From positions 1-59,117 of the IMG/VR virus record IMGVR_UViG_3300025530_000011: a stretch of 59,117 nucleotides of DNA; one strand, given 5' to 3'. The first letter of the stretch is position 1. Every line of letters begins with the position of its first letter. Both the position numbers and the translations under genes were made by a program. Of the stretch, positions 44,597-54,231 are shown one piece after another. The DNA comes from a virus (lineage: Duplodnaviria; Caudoviricetes). The notes beneath the pieces were generated by a model. The model was not told the DNA's origin. It did not search any database and worked only from the letters and a program-made list of their open reading frames with translations.

Positions 44597-45330
44597 TATC
44601 TATTACTCAAGGAATATATTGTATTGAAATTAATAATAAAAAATATATTGGAAAAGATGTACACATCGATCAAGATAAACGTAAAAAAGAACATTACAAT
44701 TTGTTAATTAAGGGAACTCATTATAATAAACATTTGCAACGAGCTTTTGATAAGTACAAAACTTTTGATTATGATGTGCTTATTGAATTTAGAGACATTG
44801 ATAATGAAACTCTTAGTACCTGTGAAATGTTTTATATTGATATTTTTGATACATACAACACTGGTTATAATTTGACAAAAGGAGGAGAAGGAGGAAATGG
44901 ATTAAAAATATCAAAAAGTGAAAGAGAAAAAAGGTCAGAAAGATATACTGGAGAAAAAAATCCTCAATCCAAATTAACTAATAAACATTTTTTTGAAATA
45001 GTTGAACATTTAAAACAAGGAAAAACAAATAGAGAAATTGCAAAAATGTACAATATTCATGAAAGATATGTATCTTTAATCAGACACAAAAAACGATTTA
45101 AAAAATTATGGGAACAAGTTAAAGATTATAATCCAATTAATTCAGATGAACAGTTAAAAAATAGAGGGAAAGTAACAGAACAAATGTTTAAAGAGATTGT
45201 ACATATGATTAAGAATGGAAAAACAAATGCTGAAATAGAACGAAAATTTGACTTATCTTCAGGGACAGCAAGTAGAATTAGACATAAAAAGTTATATAAA
45301 CAATGGTGGCAAAGATTTTTTAATGAATAA
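44593..45330 (+). CDS. free-standing GIY-YIG homing endonuclease
   Basis: GIYCIE..KYIGK, GYNLTKGG, two repeated C-terminal HTH-like units ending IRHKK. Confidence 0.85.
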   Translation: MISITQGIYCIEINNKKYIGKDVHIDQDKRKKEHYNLLIKGTHYNKHLQRAFDKYKTFDYDVLIEFRDIDNETLSTCEMFYIDIFDTYNTGYNLTKGGEGGNGLKISKSEREKRSERYTGEKNPQSKLTNKHFFEIVEHLKQGKTNREIAKMYNIHERYVSLIRHKKRFKKLWEQVKDYNPINSDEQLKNRGKVTEQMFKEIVHMIKNGKTNAEIERKFDLSSGTASRIRHKKLYKQWWQRFFNE

Positions 45331-45342
45331 TAAAGGAGAGAT

Positions 45343-45588
45343 ATGATGAAGTTAATTAAATTTGAAAAAGAAAATTGTCCTTATTGTGACATGGTACAAA
45401 ATTTCTTAGATGCGCATGACATCAAAGCAGAAAAAATTAACGCATTTGATAAGCCCGAAATGGCAGTAAAATATGATATTGGTTCAGTTCCAGTAACCAT
45501 CCTACTAGATGATGATGGGAATGAAATCCAACGTTCTGTTGGATTTAAAATAGAGGAGTTGGAAGGAATTATATCTAAAATAAATTAA
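45343..45588 (+). CDS. thioredoxin/NrdH-like redoxin
   Basis: CPYC, cis-Pro motif SVP. Confidence 0.88.
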   Translation: MMKLIKFEKENCPYCDMVQNFLDAHDIKAEKINAFDKPEMAVKYDIGSVPVTILLDDDGNEIQRSVGFKIEELEGIISKIN

Positions 45589-45757
45589 AATAATGTTAAA
45601 ATCTTATTTTTGATGGTTTTTTCAATTTTGATTTTCCAAAAACGTTGAAAATACTGGCTTTTATCAACCTAAATTTCAAATAAAATGTGGGTTTTATCTT
45701 ATTAGGTAAAGCCCACATAAAAATAAATATACATGATCAAAAGGAGAGAAAATACAT

Positions 45758-46507
45758 ATGGCAAAACAACAATCAATTCAATTTAAAGAAGGATCTCTAG
45801 TTTGGATCAAACCATTGAAAAAACAAGGGAAAATCATTGCAGTTACAAAAGGTATTCCACAAACTTATAAAGTTGAAATCATTGTTAATTTCAATAAAGA
45901 AACAGGAGAACGCACCACTAAATTGGAAACCGTGAAAGCAGAAGATTTAAAACCTTATCGTAGAAATAAATCAAAAAGTCGTAAGCTCAAAAAATACAAT
46001 CCTAATGAAATGTATTATATGGTGAAAAAGTTTCAACAAGCTTTTAACCATCCTGTAGCTGATAAACCAACAGTGATGGATTCTCAACGTGCTGTATCAC
46101 GTTCTGTATGGGTAGCAGAAGAACTTGTAGAAAAACTTCATGCATCATCAGATTCCAAAGAAGAATTTTTAGAATTGTATAATCAATTCCTCCAAGGTAT
46201 TGAAAAAGCAAAAGAAAAGAGCTTGAAATCTGAACCACCAAAAGGTACTTTAGACAAACTAACAGCGCAAGTTGATGCACTTACGGATGCATTATACTTT
46301 ATTTTTGGATCATTTGTTGAAATTGGCGTCAAACCATATAGACCATTCAAAATTGTACAGACTGCTAATATGGCTAAACTTTTCCCAGACGGAAAACCAA
46401 GATACAGAGAAAGTGACGGAAAAATTATCAAACCGGACGGTTGGGAAGAAAATTACGCACCTGAAAAACGAATTAAAGAAGAAGTCAAACGTCAATTAGG
46501 AGAATAA
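45758..46507 (+). CDS. MazG/PRA-PH-like nucleotide pyrophosphatase with N-terminal SH3-like domain
   Basis: EELVE, QVDALTDALYF, ANMAK, DGKIIKP. Confidence 0.72.
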   Translation: MAKQQSIQFKEGSLVWIKPLKKQGKIIAVTKGIPQTYKVEIIVNFNKETGERTTKLETVKAEDLKPYRRNKSKSRKLKKYNPNEMYYMVKKFQQAFNHPVADKPTVMDSQRAVSRSVWVAEELVEKLHASSDSKEEFLELYNQFLQGIEKAKEKSLKSEPPKGTLDKLTAQVDALTDALYFIFGSFVEIGVKPYRPFKIVQTANMAKLFPDGKPRYRESDGKIIKPDGWEENYAPEKRIKEEVKRQLGE

Positions 46508-46525
46508 AAACATAAAAATCAGTAA

Positions 46526-46559
46526 TTGACAAAAATAAATTAAAATAATATAATGAAAT
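46526..46559 (+). promoter_or_regulatory. consensus sigma-A promoter, copy 3 of 34-mer
   Basis: Identical to 1176 and 13609. Confidence 0.9.
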
Positions 46560-46590
46560 CAGGAAGTTAATCTTCTTCCTGATTTTTTGT
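46556..46590 (+). terminator. intrinsic terminator overlapping the promoter start site
   Basis: AAATCAGGAAG/CTTCCTGATTT stem plus T tract. Confidence 0.65.
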
Positions 46591-46607
46591 TGAAGAGGTG
46601 ATTTTTA

Positions 46608-48563
46608 TTGAGCAACTATGGTAACGACAGTATACGATCTTTAACTGATCGTGAAGCAGTAAGATTAAGAGTAGCAACATATGCTGGAGGAAGTGATAAA
46701 GAAGGCGCATTTACAACTGTTAGAGAAATTATTTCTAACTCCATTGATGAATTTAAAGCCCACTATGGTAATGAAATAGTCGTTCAATATTACAAAGATG
46801 GAAGCATAGAAGTAACTGATTATGGTCGCGGTTGTCCGGTTGATTGGAATGAAAATGAACAGAAATATAATTATGAATTGATTTTCTTATCTCTTAATGC
46901 AGGAGGAAAATATCAACAAGATAACTATGAGTTCAGCTTAGGGTTAAATGGAATAGGGTCAGCCTTAAGCATACTTTCATCAGAATATGCCTATGTTGAA
47001 GTTAAACGAGATGGATACAAATACAATTTAGAATTTCAAAAAGGCGAATTAGTCGGTGAATTAAAGAAAGAAAAAATTGATGGTGAATATCAAACAGGCA
47101 CAAGAATTAGATGGAAGCCTGACTTAGAGGTATTTACTGAAACGAACTTTCCTGAAGAATGGTTTCATCAATATCTCGAACAACAAGCCATAGTAAACAA
47201 AGGATTAAAACTAATTTTTATTAATCCAAAGGATCAAAAAACGGAATACTTTTATGAAAATGGCATTATCGATTATATTCAAAACTTAAATAATCAAAAA
47301 AACTTTACAGACATTGTTTATTTAGAAACTGAAGCAATCGGAAGAGACAGAGAAGATAAAAATGACTATCGTTCAAAATATGAAATTGCCTTTTGTTTTA
47401 ACAATGAAGTTAATTTATTAGAATCTTATCACAATAGTTCATTCTTGAAACATGGTGGAAGTCCTCATGAAGCAATAAAAGCTGCTTTTGTTTATGCTAT
47501 TGATAAATTAATTAAACAAAACAATGGATACAACAAGAATGAAAAGAAAATCACTTTTGACGACATACGCGATAGTCTAATTATAGTTACGAATACATAT
47601 TCTACGGAAACGAGTTATCAGAATCAAACTAAATTTGCTATTACAAACAAATTCATTCAAGACTTCATGCGAGAATATCTGAAAGAACAATTGGAAATTT
47701 ACTTCATCGAAAATCCAATTGATGCTGAAAAAATAATAAACCAAGTCTTAATTAATAAACGCAGCAGGGAGAAAGCAGAGAAAACTCGATTAGATATTAA
47801 GAAGAAGTTGCAAGGTCACGTAAACAATATAACCAATCGTATTGAAGGGTTTATTAATTGCAGATCTAAAGACAATACAAAAACAGAACTCTATCTTGTT
47901 GAAGGAAAGTCAGCATTAGGTTCAACTAAGCAGGGACGTGATGCTGAATTTCAAGCAATATACGCATTAAGAGGTAAAATTTTAAATTGCCTAAAAGCTG
48001 ACTATGATAAAATTTTCAAAAATGACATTATTGTTGATTTGATTAAAATTCTTGGTTGCGGTGTAGAAGTTAAATCAAAATATAATAAAAACTTAAATAC
48101 TTTTGATTTAAACAATTTACGATGGTCAAAAATTATCATTACTACAGACCAAGATGTTGATGGATGGCATATAAGAACTTTATTATTAACCCTTATTTAT
48201 AGATTAATACCTACTTTAATCGAAAAAGAAAAAGTATTTATTGCAGAATCACCATTATATGAAATTGTTCATAATGACATTTCCTATTTTGCCTACAGTG
48301 ATAATGAAAAAGATCAAATTTTAAGCAAACTAGGAAATAATGTAATTATCCAAAGATCCAAAGGATTAGGTGAAAATACTGCTGAAATGATGTGGGAGAC
48401 AACCATGAATCCAAAAACAAGAAAATTAATTAAAGTTACAAAAGATGATGTTATAAAAACTCAAACTTATTTTGACATGTTTTTGGGGGATGATTTACAA
48501 AGCAGAAAAGAATACATTGAAAATAATTTATATAAATATATAGAAAAAGGATTAGAAGAATAG
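46608..48563 (+). CDS. type IIA topoisomerase subunit B (GyrB/ParE-like)
   Basis: EIISNSIDE, DYGRG, GLNGIG, VEGKSA, LRGKILN, TDQDVDG, KGLGE. Confidence 0.92.
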   Translation: MSNYGNDSIRSLTDREAVRLRVATYAGGSDKEGAFTTVREIISNSIDEFKAHYGNEIVVQYYKDGSIEVTDYGRGCPVDWNENEQKYNYELIFLSLNAGGKYQQDNYEFSLGLNGIGSALSILSSEYAYVEVKRDGYKYNLEFQKGELVGELKKEKIDGEYQTGTRIRWKPDLEVFTETNFPEEWFHQYLEQQAIVNKGLKLIFINPKDQKTEYFYENGIIDYIQNLNNQKNFTDIVYLETEAIGRDREDKNDYRSKYEIAFCFNNEVNLLESYHNSSFLKHGGSPHEAIKAAFVYAIDKLIKQNNGYNKNEKKITFDDIRDSLIIVTNTYSTETSYQNQTKFAITNKFIQDFMREYLKEQLEIYFIENPIDAEKIINQVLINKRSREKAEKTRLDIKKKLQGHVNNITNRIEGFINCRSKDNTKTELYLVEGKSALGSTKQGRDAEFQAIYALRGKILNCLKADYDKIFKNDIIVDLIKILGCGVEVKSKYNKNLNTFDLNNLRWSKIIITTDQDVDGWHIRTLLLTLIYRLIPTLIEKEKVFIAESPLYEIVHNDISYFAYSDNEKDQILSKLGNNVIIQRSKGLGENTAEMMWETTMNPKTRKLIKVTKDDVIKTQTYFDMFLGDDLQSRKEYIENNLYKYIEKGLEE

Positions 48564-48574
48564 AAGGTGTTTAA

Positions 48575-50728
48575 ATGACAAATGAGGTAATAAATCAATT
48601 AATCACAGACACATTAGAAGAACATTATATGCCATATTCAGCTCATGTTATTTTACATAGAGCCTTACCGGAAATTGACGGACTAAAGCCAAGTCAAAGA
48701 AGAGTTTTATATACCATGTTTAAAATGGGTCTACTGAAAGGGCAACGCAAAAAATCTCAGGGTGTTGTAGGTCAAACACTCTTTTTGCACCCACATGGCG
48801 ATGCGAGTGTATATCAAACATTAGTAAGGCTGACAAAAGATAATGAATCAATGCTTTATCCTTTCATTGATTCAAAAGGAAATTTTGGAAAAGTTTACTC
48901 AAGAGATATGAAAGAAGCAAGCGCAAGGTATACGGAAGTAAGGTTAATGCCGATTGCTCAAGAATTATTTAAAGACATAAACAAAGATGCAGTAGATATG
49001 GTAGATAATTATGATGGAACAACAAAAGAACCCAGATTATTGCCAGTTACTTTTCCATGTATACTAGTTAATCCATCACAAGGAACAGCAGTAGGGATGG
49101 CAAGCAATATACCTTCTTTTAATATAAATGAAATCATTGATTTTACGATTGAATACATAAAAAACCGAAACACCAATGTTTTAGACTATGTTAAAGCTCC
49201 AGACTTTCCAACTGGTGGAACCATAATTTACAACGAAAATAGTTTTAATAAAATTTACAACACTGGCAAAGGTAGCTTTAAAATAAGAGCAAAGTATCAC
49301 ATTAAAGAAAACTCAATCATTATTGATGAAATACCTTATACAACATCATTTGAAGCAATCATTGAAAAAATTACTGATTTAATTAAAGAAGGAAAAATTA
49401 AAGACATCGTTGATATCAATGATATTTATGGAATAAATACAAAAGGAATTGAAATTGTTGTCAAAAACAACACTGACAAAGAGTTATTGATGGAAAAGTT
49501 ATATAGAATGACTCCTTTAGAAGACACTTTTTCTTGTAATTTCAATGTCATTGTTGAAGGAGAACCAAAGACATTAGGTATAAAAGGTATTATTCATGAA
49601 TGGATAAAATTTAGAGTAAATAGTATCAAACGTGTAATTCAATATGATGTCAATAAAAAGTCAAATAGACAACACTTACTAAAAGGATTAGAAAAGATTT
49701 TACTAAATATTGATGAAGCGATTAAAATCATCAGAAATTCCAAAGCAGACGATGAAGTTATAAATAACCTAATGAGTAAATTTGATATTGACAAAGCACA
49801 AGCCGAATTCATAGCTGAAATAAAATTAAGAAATTTGAACAGGGATTATATTGTGAAAAGTACGAATGAAATCGAAAAACTTGAAGCAGAAATAAAAGAC
49901 TTAACTGATACATATAACGATAAAATAAGAATGGCACAAATAATCATATCTGAATTAGAAAAAATAAAAGACAAATATGGACAAGAACGCAAAACAGACA
50001 TTTTAAATGAAGAAAACCTTCTTTCACTAGATGATAAAGAACTTGAAATCGAAAACTACAACACACGAATTATCCTTACTGAAGAAGGATACTTAAAGAA
50101 AATTCCACTTACATCATTAAGGGGCAATTCAACTCAAAAACTCAAAGATAACGATCAAATAAAATGCGAATTTGATTCAAACAACAAGTCTGACATTCTG
50201 ATTTTCACAGATAATAGAAACTGTTACAAAATCAAATCATATGAATTGCCAGATCATAAGCCAAGTGTGTTAGGCGAATATTTACCATCCCATTTGCAAT
50301 TAGAGGAAGATGAAAAGATTATTTATATGACTGCAACAGAGGACTATAAAGGTTATCTGATTATTGGTTTTGATAACGGGAAATTCGCAAAAATCGATAT
50401 GCGAGCTTATCAAACCAAAACGAATAGATCGGTATTAAAAAATGCTTTTACAAGTGATCAAACACCAATTTATTGGAATACAATCACAAAAGATACTGAC
50501 CTCATTGCTATATCATCTATCAACAAAGTAATACTGTTTAATACTTCAATAATTAACGCAAAAACAAGTAGAACAACTATTGGAGTGCAAATGATGAAAC
50601 CGAAAGATGATAGTAAAATGCTTAAAGTTTTAAGTGTTAACGATTGTGAATTTGAAGATGTGGAATATTACCGTATCCATAATGCTGGAGTAGGAAAATA
50701 CCTAAAGAAAAATGATGTTATAAAATAA
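48575..50728 (+). CDS. type IIA topoisomerase subunit A (GyrA/ParC-like)
   Basis: RALP..DGLKPSQRR, HPHGD, catalytic ARYTE, APDFPTGG. Confidence 0.92.
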   Translation: MTNEVINQLITDTLEEHYMPYSAHVILHRALPEIDGLKPSQRRVLYTMFKMGLLKGQRKKSQGVVGQTLFLHPHGDASVYQTLVRLTKDNESMLYPFIDSKGNFGKVYSRDMKEASARYTEVRLMPIAQELFKDINKDAVDMVDNYDGTTKEPRLLPVTFPCILVNPSQGTAVGMASNIPSFNINEIIDFTIEYIKNRNTNVLDYVKAPDFPTGGTIIYNENSFNKIYNTGKGSFKIRAKYHIKENSIIIDEIPYTTSFEAIIEKITDLIKEGKIKDIVDINDIYGINTKGIEIVVKNNTDKELLMEKLYRMTPLEDTFSCNFNVIVEGEPKTLGIKGIIHEWIKFRVNSIKRVIQYDVNKKSNRQHLLKGLEKILLNIDEAIKIIRNSKADDEVINNLMSKFDIDKAQAEFIAEIKLRNLNRDYIVKSTNEIEKLEAEIKDLTDTYNDKIRMAQIIISELEKIKDKYGQERKTDILNEENLLSLDDKELEIENYNTRIILTEEGYLKKIPLTSLRGNSTQKLKDNDQIKCEFDSNNKSDILIFTDNRNCYKIKSYELPDHKPSVLGEYLPSHLQLEEDEKIIYMTATEDYKGYLIIGFDNGKFAKIDMRAYQTKTNRSVLKNAFTSDQTPIYWNTITKDTDLIAISSINKVILFNTSIINAKTSRTTIGVQMMKPKDDSKMLKVLSVNDCEFEDVEYYRIHNAGVGKYLKKNDVIK

Positions 50729-50761
50729 TTTAATATAATATTATATTACGAGGTGATATAA

Positions 50762-51580
50762 ATGAGTTATTCTGAAAAACAATATTTAAGATTACTTGAA
50801 GATATTTATAAATATGGACAAGATACTGGAGATCGAACTGGTACAGGAATGAGAAGTTTATTTGGTGAAACAATGGAGTTTGATCTGAGAGAAGGTTTTC
50901 CTTTATTAACGACTAAAAAAATGTTCATTAGAGGGATTTTTGGTGAATTGTTATGGTTTCTAAGTGGTTCTACATCGAACGCTGAATTAGAAAGCAAATA
51001 CAATATTAAATTTTGGCGAGAATGGGCAAACGAAGCAAATGAATTACCAAACATTTATGGTAAACAGTGGATTAGATGGGAAGACAGTAGAGGTAACATT
51101 TTTAATCAAATTGAGTATGTAATTAATCAAATTAAAAATAATCCCACAAGTAGACGCATTCTTTTTACTGGATGGAATGCACCTGAAATGCAATGGGAAG
51201 ACACTGCTTTACCTTGTTGTCATAGCACTGTGGTTCAGTTTTATGTAGAAGATGAATATTTAAATATGTACCATTATCAGCGCAGTGGAGATATGTTTTT
51301 AGGCGTGCCAGTGAATATCGCTTCCTATGCCACTCTGTTATCAATTATTGCACAACAAACAGGGTTAAAAGTAGGTAAAATGAAACACACAATTGGAGTG
51401 GCACATATTTATCATAATCATTTAAAACAAGTAGAAGAACAGCTATCAAGACAGCCATATAATCTTCCTCAATTGATTATTAAAAGAAAACCAGAATCTA
51501 TTTTTGATTATAAACTTGAAGATTTTGAAGTAATTAATTATAAGCATCATCCATTGATTAAGGGGGACGTAGCAGTATAA
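50762..51580 (+). CDS. thyA: thymidylate synthase
   Basis: DRTGTG, FPLLTTKK, LPCCH, QRSGDMFLGVPVN, HIYHNH. Confidence 0.95.
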   Translation: MSYSEKQYLRLLEDIYKYGQDTGDRTGTGMRSLFGETMEFDLREGFPLLTTKKMFIRGIFGELLWFLSGSTSNAELESKYNIKFWREWANEANELPNIYGKQWIRWEDSRGNIFNQIEYVINQIKNNPTSRRILFTGWNAPEMQWEDTALPCCHSTVVQFYVEDEYLNMYHYQRSGDMFLGVPVNIASYATLLSIIAQQTGLKVGKMKHTIGVAHIYHNHLKQVEEQLSRQPYNLPQLIIKRKPESIFDYKLEDFEVINYKHHPLIKGDVAV

Positions 51581-52104
51581 TGTCAATCTCATTAATTGCA
51601 GCAATAGGAAAAAATGGAGAATTAGGTTATAAAGGGGACTTATTGGTTCACTTACCCAATGATCTCAAACGCTTCAAAACACTTACTACTGGCAAAATGT
51701 GTGTTCAGGGAAGAAAAACCTATGAATCCATTATTAAAAAACTAGGACATCCATTATCAAACAGGATAAACATTGTACTTTCAAAAGACTCCAATTATAA
51801 ACCAAAACATTCAAATACATTTGTTTATCATTCAATTAGAGAAATCCTTCATCAATATCATAATTATGGCGAAGGTAAAAATGAATTGATGATTTGTGGT
51901 GGATCTCAAATTTATAAAAATTTTCTTCCATATGCGGATTACATTTACTTAACTATAATTGATCATGTATTTGATAAAGCAGATACATTCTTTCCTAAGT
52001 TAAACTTAGAAGAATGGAAGATAGAAGAAAACTTAAAATATGAATCAGATGATAAACATCCATATCCATACACTTTTATAACTTTATCAAGAAAATTAAA
52101 TTAA
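51580..52104 (+). CDS. dfrA: dihydrofolate reductase
   Basis: LIAA, DLKRFK, GRKTYES, LSNRINIV, GGSQIY, ADTFFP. Confidence 0.92.
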   Translation: MSISLIAAIGKNGELGYKGDLLVHLPNDLKRFKTLTTGKMCVQGRKTYESIIKKLGHPLSNRINIVLSKDSNYKPKHSNTFVYHSIREILHQYHNYGEGKNELMICGGSQIYKNFLPYADYIYLTIIDHVFDKADTFFPKLNLEEWKIEENLKYESDDKHPYPYTFITLSRKLN

Positions 52105-52440
52105 TATAATATTTAAATAGAAAGATGGTGATGTAAAAAATATAAAAATCAGTTAAAATAAACTCTTGGTAAGGAGGTGTCAAAATGTCAGCATTGGAAA
52201 AAGCAATAGAACAATTAAAAACTGAAGGATATACGAAAGAACAGATACATAAAGCACTCAAAATAATGTTTGAAAAAATAAAAAGCGATAAAGAGGAGGA
52301 TTCAAAATAGTGAGCGAATACAACGATCTCAACGAATTAATAACATTTCTATTCGATACGGCGCATGACATTGAAATTGACGATGAAGAATTAGCAGAAG
52401 ACTTACTGACACTTGGGAAAAAATTAAGGGAGGTTGAATA

Positions 52441-53583
52441 ATGACGAAAACTCACTTAATCAAAGACGAAGCACTTGGCGGAGTGCTGCGGGAATACGTA
52501 AAGGTTGATAGGAAGGCGGAGGTTGGCGACTATGTTATTTTCAAAAATGATCGAATCGCAAAGGTTGTCCCCGAAAATGACAACGTAATAAATATCGAAA
52601 AAGAAACATTTATATCTTCTGTAAATACTTTCGGGGCAACGCTAGAACCAACCGACATCATCCACGTGGACGGCAAGCGCTACCGAATGGTTGACCGGAA
52701 AGCTAATGTTGGAGAAAAAATTATAACTATTTCAGTAGACTCATATGGTGAACTTAGTATTAAAGCAGGAAATATTTGGACTGTGTGTTTTGTAGATGAT
52801 AAGTGGGTATCCACGCATGAAAGTAAATTTGAAATCTTCCATAAAGAATACCGTGTACTAGAACCAATTAACGAACAACAAAAAGAAGATAACCATTTAC
52901 AAAGAAAAATTAAACAACTAGAAGATGAATTATCTAGTATCAAAAAAGATTTTGAAACATGGGTACAAGAATTTGAGAATTTCAAAAATAAATTAAAACA
53001 ATATAACAACATATTAAAAATCGCTGTATGTGGAAATTTTCGTGCAGGTAAGGATACTGTAGCAGATTATCTAGTTAAAAAATACTTCTGTAAAAAATTT
53101 GCGTTTGCTGATGAATTAAAAGACACGCTACATAGGTTATTCCCAGATATTCCAAGAGTACCTAAACCAAGACATCCATATCAAGTATTTGGTGAAGGTG
53201 TATGCGATTTAGATATACCCGGTGCTAAAACTGTTTGGATAGACGCTTGTTTACGCTCAATTGATAATTACATAAAACAGTGTGCCGAATTTCAAAAAGA
53301 ATGTAAAAATATCGTTATTACTGATTTACGCAAACCATTAGAGTATGAACGATTAAGAAAAGAAAAATATATTATTATTAGAGTTACAGCTTCAGAAGAA
53401 GTGCGACTTCAACGAGCAAAAGAAGCTAGAGATAAGTTTAGCAAAGGTGATTTATCACATAATACAGAAAGCTATGTTGATCAATTCGATGTTGATTTTG
53501 AGATTGAAAATAATGGGACAATTGAGGAATTAGAAAGAAAAGTTGATGAAGTGATGTTAAAAATAATAAAAAATAGACGGTGA
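52441..53583 (+). CDS. deoxynucleoside monophosphate kinase with N-terminal repeat and coiled-coil extension
   Basis: C-terminal GNFRAGKDT, FADELK, ITDLR, HNTE, IENNGT; N-terminal twice VDRKA.VG. Confidence 0.75.
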   Translation: MTKTHLIKDEALGGVLREYVKVDRKAEVGDYVIFKNDRIAKVVPENDNVINIEKETFISSVNTFGATLEPTDIIHVDGKRYRMVDRKANVGEKIITISVDSYGELSIKAGNIWTVCFVDDKWVSTHESKFEIFHKEYRVLEPINEQQKEDNHLQRKIKQLEDELSSIKKDFETWVQEFENFKNKLKQYNNILKIAVCGNFRAGKDTVADYLVKKYFCKKFAFADELKDTLHRLFPDIPRVPKPRHPYQVFGEGVCDLDIPGAKTVWIDACLRSIDNYIKQCAEFQKECKNIVITDLRKPLEYERLRKEKYIIIRVTASEEVRLQRAKEARDKFSKGDLSHNTESYVDQFDVDFEIENNGTIEELERKVDEVMLKIIKNRR

Positions 53584-53587
53584 TCAA

Positions 53588-54181
53588 ATGCCTAAAAAGA
53601 AACAATATTTTCTCGAACTAAAAACGTTGATAGATTCGGAAGTAACACTCAAAAATTTTAATTCTGACATTATGCGATCAATCATCGACAAAGCGCTGGA
53701 CTGGTCGAAAACGCAAACGATTATCAAACGACCACCGAAAACAGACGCTAGATTAATATACTATATCGCTTGTGAATCGTGGCTGGAACGGCTGCTGGAA
53801 TCGGACTTACACAGTCGGTTTAAATCACCACAAGCCATTGAGGACTTTACTTGGCGAGTACTTTCACAGGCAGGATGGGGCGCAAACATCTCCGGCTATG
53901 ATACAGCATTGATTATGTTAATAACGGAGTTTGAACCAAGATTTCGTGAATGGTGGGCGCGAAGTCACGAGATAGACAACCGGACAGTCGAGCGTATTGG
54001 CGTACTGATGGCACTCGAAAGGCTTGACGTCAAAGACGAGTGGGTAAGTGAAAAGGTCAACGAATTGAAAGAAACGTTGATAAACGGAAATAATTATGGA
54101 TGGATTTTTCAACGTAAAATAAAAGATAGTGATATAAAATATGGAATCTGTAATTATGAAGACAAGGAGATTAAGGAATGA
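53588..54181 (+). CDS. hypothetical phage protein
   Basis: 197-aa ORF in the operon. Confidence 0.6.
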   Translation: MPKKKQYFLELKTLIDSEVTLKNFNSDIMRSIIDKALDWSKTQTIIKRPPKTDARLIYYIACESWLERLLESDLHSRFKSPQAIEDFTWRVLSQAGWGANISGYDTALIMLITEFEPRFREWWARSHEIDNRTVERIGVLMALERLDVKDEWVSEKVNELKETLINGNNYGWIFQRKIKDSDIKYGICNYEDKEIKE

Positions 54182-54231
54182 AATAATTGAGATAGAAAAC
54201 TAATGCACTAAAAGGAGTTGTCTTATTCATA

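Noticed and set aside
48130-48175. Bypass element in the topoisomerase B gene at the site equivalent to T4 gene 60
   Set aside because: TDQDVDGWHI is continuous; there is no gap.
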